A DNA stretch of 64,000 nucleotides from Octopus vulgaris. Lineage: Eukaryota. The stretch spans positions 21,018,001 through 21,082,000 of the forward strand of contig OX597816.1 of assembly GCA_951406725.2 (NCBI GenBank), read 5' to 3'. Below the pieces are notes generated by a model. It was not told the DNA's origin and made no database searches. It saw only the letters and a list, made by a program, of their open reading frames with translations. Numbering within the stretch: the first letter of the stretch is position 1; each line of letters starts with the position of its first letter. The position numbers and the translations under genes were made by a program. Positions 61,213-64,000 of this stretch are shown here, piece after piece.

Positions 61213-62350
61213 CATACATAAATATACATATATATATATACGTGTGTGTGAGAGAGAGAGTGTGTTCATGTCTGCGTATATTAGCGGTTCTCAAATAAGT
61301 CATGGGGTCAATTTGTTCGACCAACATTGCCGCTGTCGAATAACTAAAACAGGCGAAAGATATGTATCTAGAGAGAGAGGAGGGATGTAGAACTGGCAGG
61401 CAAATACAGAGAGAGAGAGAGGGAGAGAGAGGGAGAGAGGGAGAGAGAGGGAGAGAGGGAGAGAGAGGGAGAGAGGGAGAGAGAGGGAGAGAGCGAGAGA
61501 TAAGATACAGGTAAAGGGACGGGTGGACAGACAGGTAGATCGAGAGAGAGATAGACAGGCAGAAAGACAGACAGAGAGACATAAACTGGAAGTCATAAAA
61601 CTAATGTTTCATTGAAATTTAGAAACATTTCTCAGAATTTCAAAAATAATAATGAAATTATTGTATACAGTGCTCAGTTGCACCACAACTTGTCAGACAT
61701 TGCATATAAAGCATATGCAGTAATGTACAAATGTCTGGAAAGCGAACAATGTATCAGTCAGATACATGCTTTTGTGTGTATGGAGGGGAGAAAATCAGGT
61801 GTAGTGTTGGCGAATCTCAGAAAACATGAGAGGTTTTGAAGGATCCAGTGCTCCGACAACTAACAACTGATGCTGGCAGTTTGTTCCATGCTTCAGCAAC
61901 TCTCGGCGTGAAAAAATGTTTCGTAAAGTCATGGGAGCTGTGCTGTTTTCTAACATTGTAAATATGTCCACAGGTGTTAGATGGGTGGAGTTTGAAAAGG
62001 TGCTCAGAGTTATTGTTTGTACGATGGTTGATGATTTTATGGGTGTCTGCCAAGTCAGCTGCCAGACGTCGGAGTTTCAATGTGTCCATGTCCAGGGAAG
62101 AAAGAGAAAGTTAAGTTATTTTGCTGCGTCATGGCATTTCTCGGATTTTCTTGAGGAGTGCGTTAACGAATGTATAGAGGTTAATTGTGATCAATGCAGT
62201 TGTTCAGTACTGTTAGAAATAACACCTAAAATTCCCTGGAATGATTTCCAACATTTCAAAGGAGAACACATTGGATCATGACATATGTAACAATGTAGAT
62301 GGTAGTAATGGTGGGTGTTAAGAAGTGGTCATAGATAGACATCAGGGTGT
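58800..62350. repeat. Segmental duplicate of window 1-6190 (modules A and B), with independent indels
   Basis: 151 aligns to 58931 and is colinear to ~1890/60260. Further matches 2686-2728/60263-60305, 3266-3441/60390-60566, 5545-6185/61260-62345. Confidence 0.92.
61645..62098 (-). mobile_element. CR1/L2-type LINE 3' fragment inserted in module B'
   Basis: TLKLRRLAADL..HKII...TCGH..V.KQ....FTKHFFTPRVAEAWNKLPASVV...S..SFK. Absent from the paralogous site at ~5936. Confidence 0.88.
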
Positions 62351-62395
62351 GATGATGATGATGATGACAATAATAATAATAATAATGATACTAAA

Positions 62396-62459
<64 letters not shown>

Positions 62460-62462
62460 TTA

Positions 62463-62769
62463 AATTGTCTTAACTGGTAAATCACAACTGTCTTAACTAG
62501 TACATCACAATTGTCTTAACTGGTACATCACAATTGTCTTAACTGGTACATCACAATTGTTTTAACTGGCACATCACACGTATTGAAAAGAGCATTGTCG
62601 ATGTGAGAACTATTACTACCCATGTATTTTAATTTAACTTTAAAAAAAATGAACGAACTAGTGAGTTTAGTTTAATAGCCTACCAATGTATACTATGAAT
62701 TTCTTAGACCTAGCAGTCGGGAAGACACTCGGCAAGAAATGGAAGCAAGTTTGAAAGAAGAAAAAAAAG

Positions 62770-62770
<1 letters not shown>
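62463..62770 (+). mobile_element. Extreme 3' end of a Dong family-2-like LINE, headed by a 23-bp x5 array, between TAA tracts
   Basis: Last unit reads IVLTGTSHVLKRALSM*, homologous to the Dong C-terminus. Units at 62463, 62486, 62509, 62532, 62555. Confidence 0.8.
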
Positions 62771-62850
<80 letters not shown>

Positions 62851-62875
62851 TAGTAATAGTAATAATAAGGATAAT

Positions 62876-62941
<66 letters not shown>

Positions 62942-62944
<3 letters not shown>

Positions 62945-64000
62945 TATCGGCCTATAACCTGTCTATCCACCACGTATAAAATCCTAACATCTATCCTGGC
63001 GGAGACAACATATGCTTTCATGGTGAAGAACGATATTTCCCCCATTCAACAAAAAGGGTGCCGCCGAGGCTCATACGGATGCAAAGATCAACTGCTAATT
63101 AATTGTATGATCCTTGAGAACTGTCACAACAAGCGCAGAAATCTCAGTTCCGCATGGATTGACTATAAAAATGCCTTCGACAGTATACCGCATCCATGGA
63201 TCTTGAGATTGCTGGACATCTTCAAAATTTCCCCTGTGATTTCCAGCTTCCTGAAGCACAATATGTCGTGGAATACGAATCTCCAATTATACCACTCTAA
63301 TGGAGTACTTGCCTCAGAAAATATAAACATCAACTGTGGAATTTTTCAAGGTGACTCACTTTCACCTTTAATATTCTGCATAGCCCTAATACCCCTTACA
63401 AGTGAATTAAACAGAACAGGGTATGGGTATAAAATTGCCAATAAAAAAAAAAGCCATCTATTTTATATGGATGACTTAAAACTCTATGGTAAAGACAATA
63501 ATGAACTTGAAGGCCTATTGCGCACTGTGAAAGCATTCAGCGATGACATCGGGATGGAGTTTGGGCTTGAGAAGTGTGCCAAGGCCACTTTCCAGAAAGG
63601 GAAAGTGAAGACCACAAATTCAGTCGTGATAGATGTTGACACAGTCATAAGAGAGCTTGAGCAAGAACAAACATACAAATATTTAGGGATAAATGAAGGC
63701 TCTGGTATTCAGCATGCAAGCATGAAAGAGAAGATCAGGAAGGAATGTTATAGGAGAGTTCGTGCAGTCCTGAAATCTGAACTAAATGCACGTAACAAGG
63801 TGTTAGCTATAAATTCCTTAGCAGTTCCAGTTGTTACTTATAGCTACCATGTGTTGAACTGGAATATGAGTGAAGTAAAGAATATAGACAGGAAAATACG
63901 CAAGCTGCTGAGTTGTAATAGGATGCACAACCCAAAGGCAGACGTAGATCGCCTTTACCTTCACAGAGCCCAAGGAGGTCGAGACCTGATCCAATTTGAA
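62942..64000 (+). mobile_element. R4/Dong-clade LINE family 2, RT region, 5'-truncated after (TAA)n, runs off the window
   Basis: NYRPITCLST.YK, QKGCRRGSYGCKDQLLIN, WIDYKNAFDS, GIFQGDSLSP, HLFYMDDLKL, EFGLEKCAK, YKYLGI. Confidence 0.92.

Overview
Eukaryotic, AT-rich, microsatellite-saturated DNA. The tRNA-derived SINE family and repeat landscape suggest a cephalopod, probably Octopus (inference). Most ORFs in the track are microsatellite artefacts. The host component is a tandem cluster of paralogous gene units. Each unit starts with a conserved non-coding module (~150-670, ~5890-6470, ~22140-22340, ~58930-59430, partial ~61600-62340). In two units the module is followed by a + strand exon encoding a Gly/Val-rich protein built from GVELVGS-type heptads: 181 aa at 7409-7954, and 750 aa at 25218-27470 with three 107-aa units. 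A promoterless, frameshifted duplicate with nine units lies at 32644-37560. I do not recognise this family. The rest is transposon sequence: R4/Dong-type LINEs inserted in (TAA)n, Penelope-like elements (one Naiad-type with an open ~600-codon RT + GIY-YIG frame) with hammerhead ribozyme motifs, RTE, Tx1/L1 and CR1 LINEs, a mariner, SINEs and Helitron-like pieces. Two segmental duplications are visible: ~26.4-32.6 kb vs 32.6-42.8 kb, and 1-6.2 kb vs 58.8-62.3 kb. All alignments were made by eye and TE boundaries are approximate.
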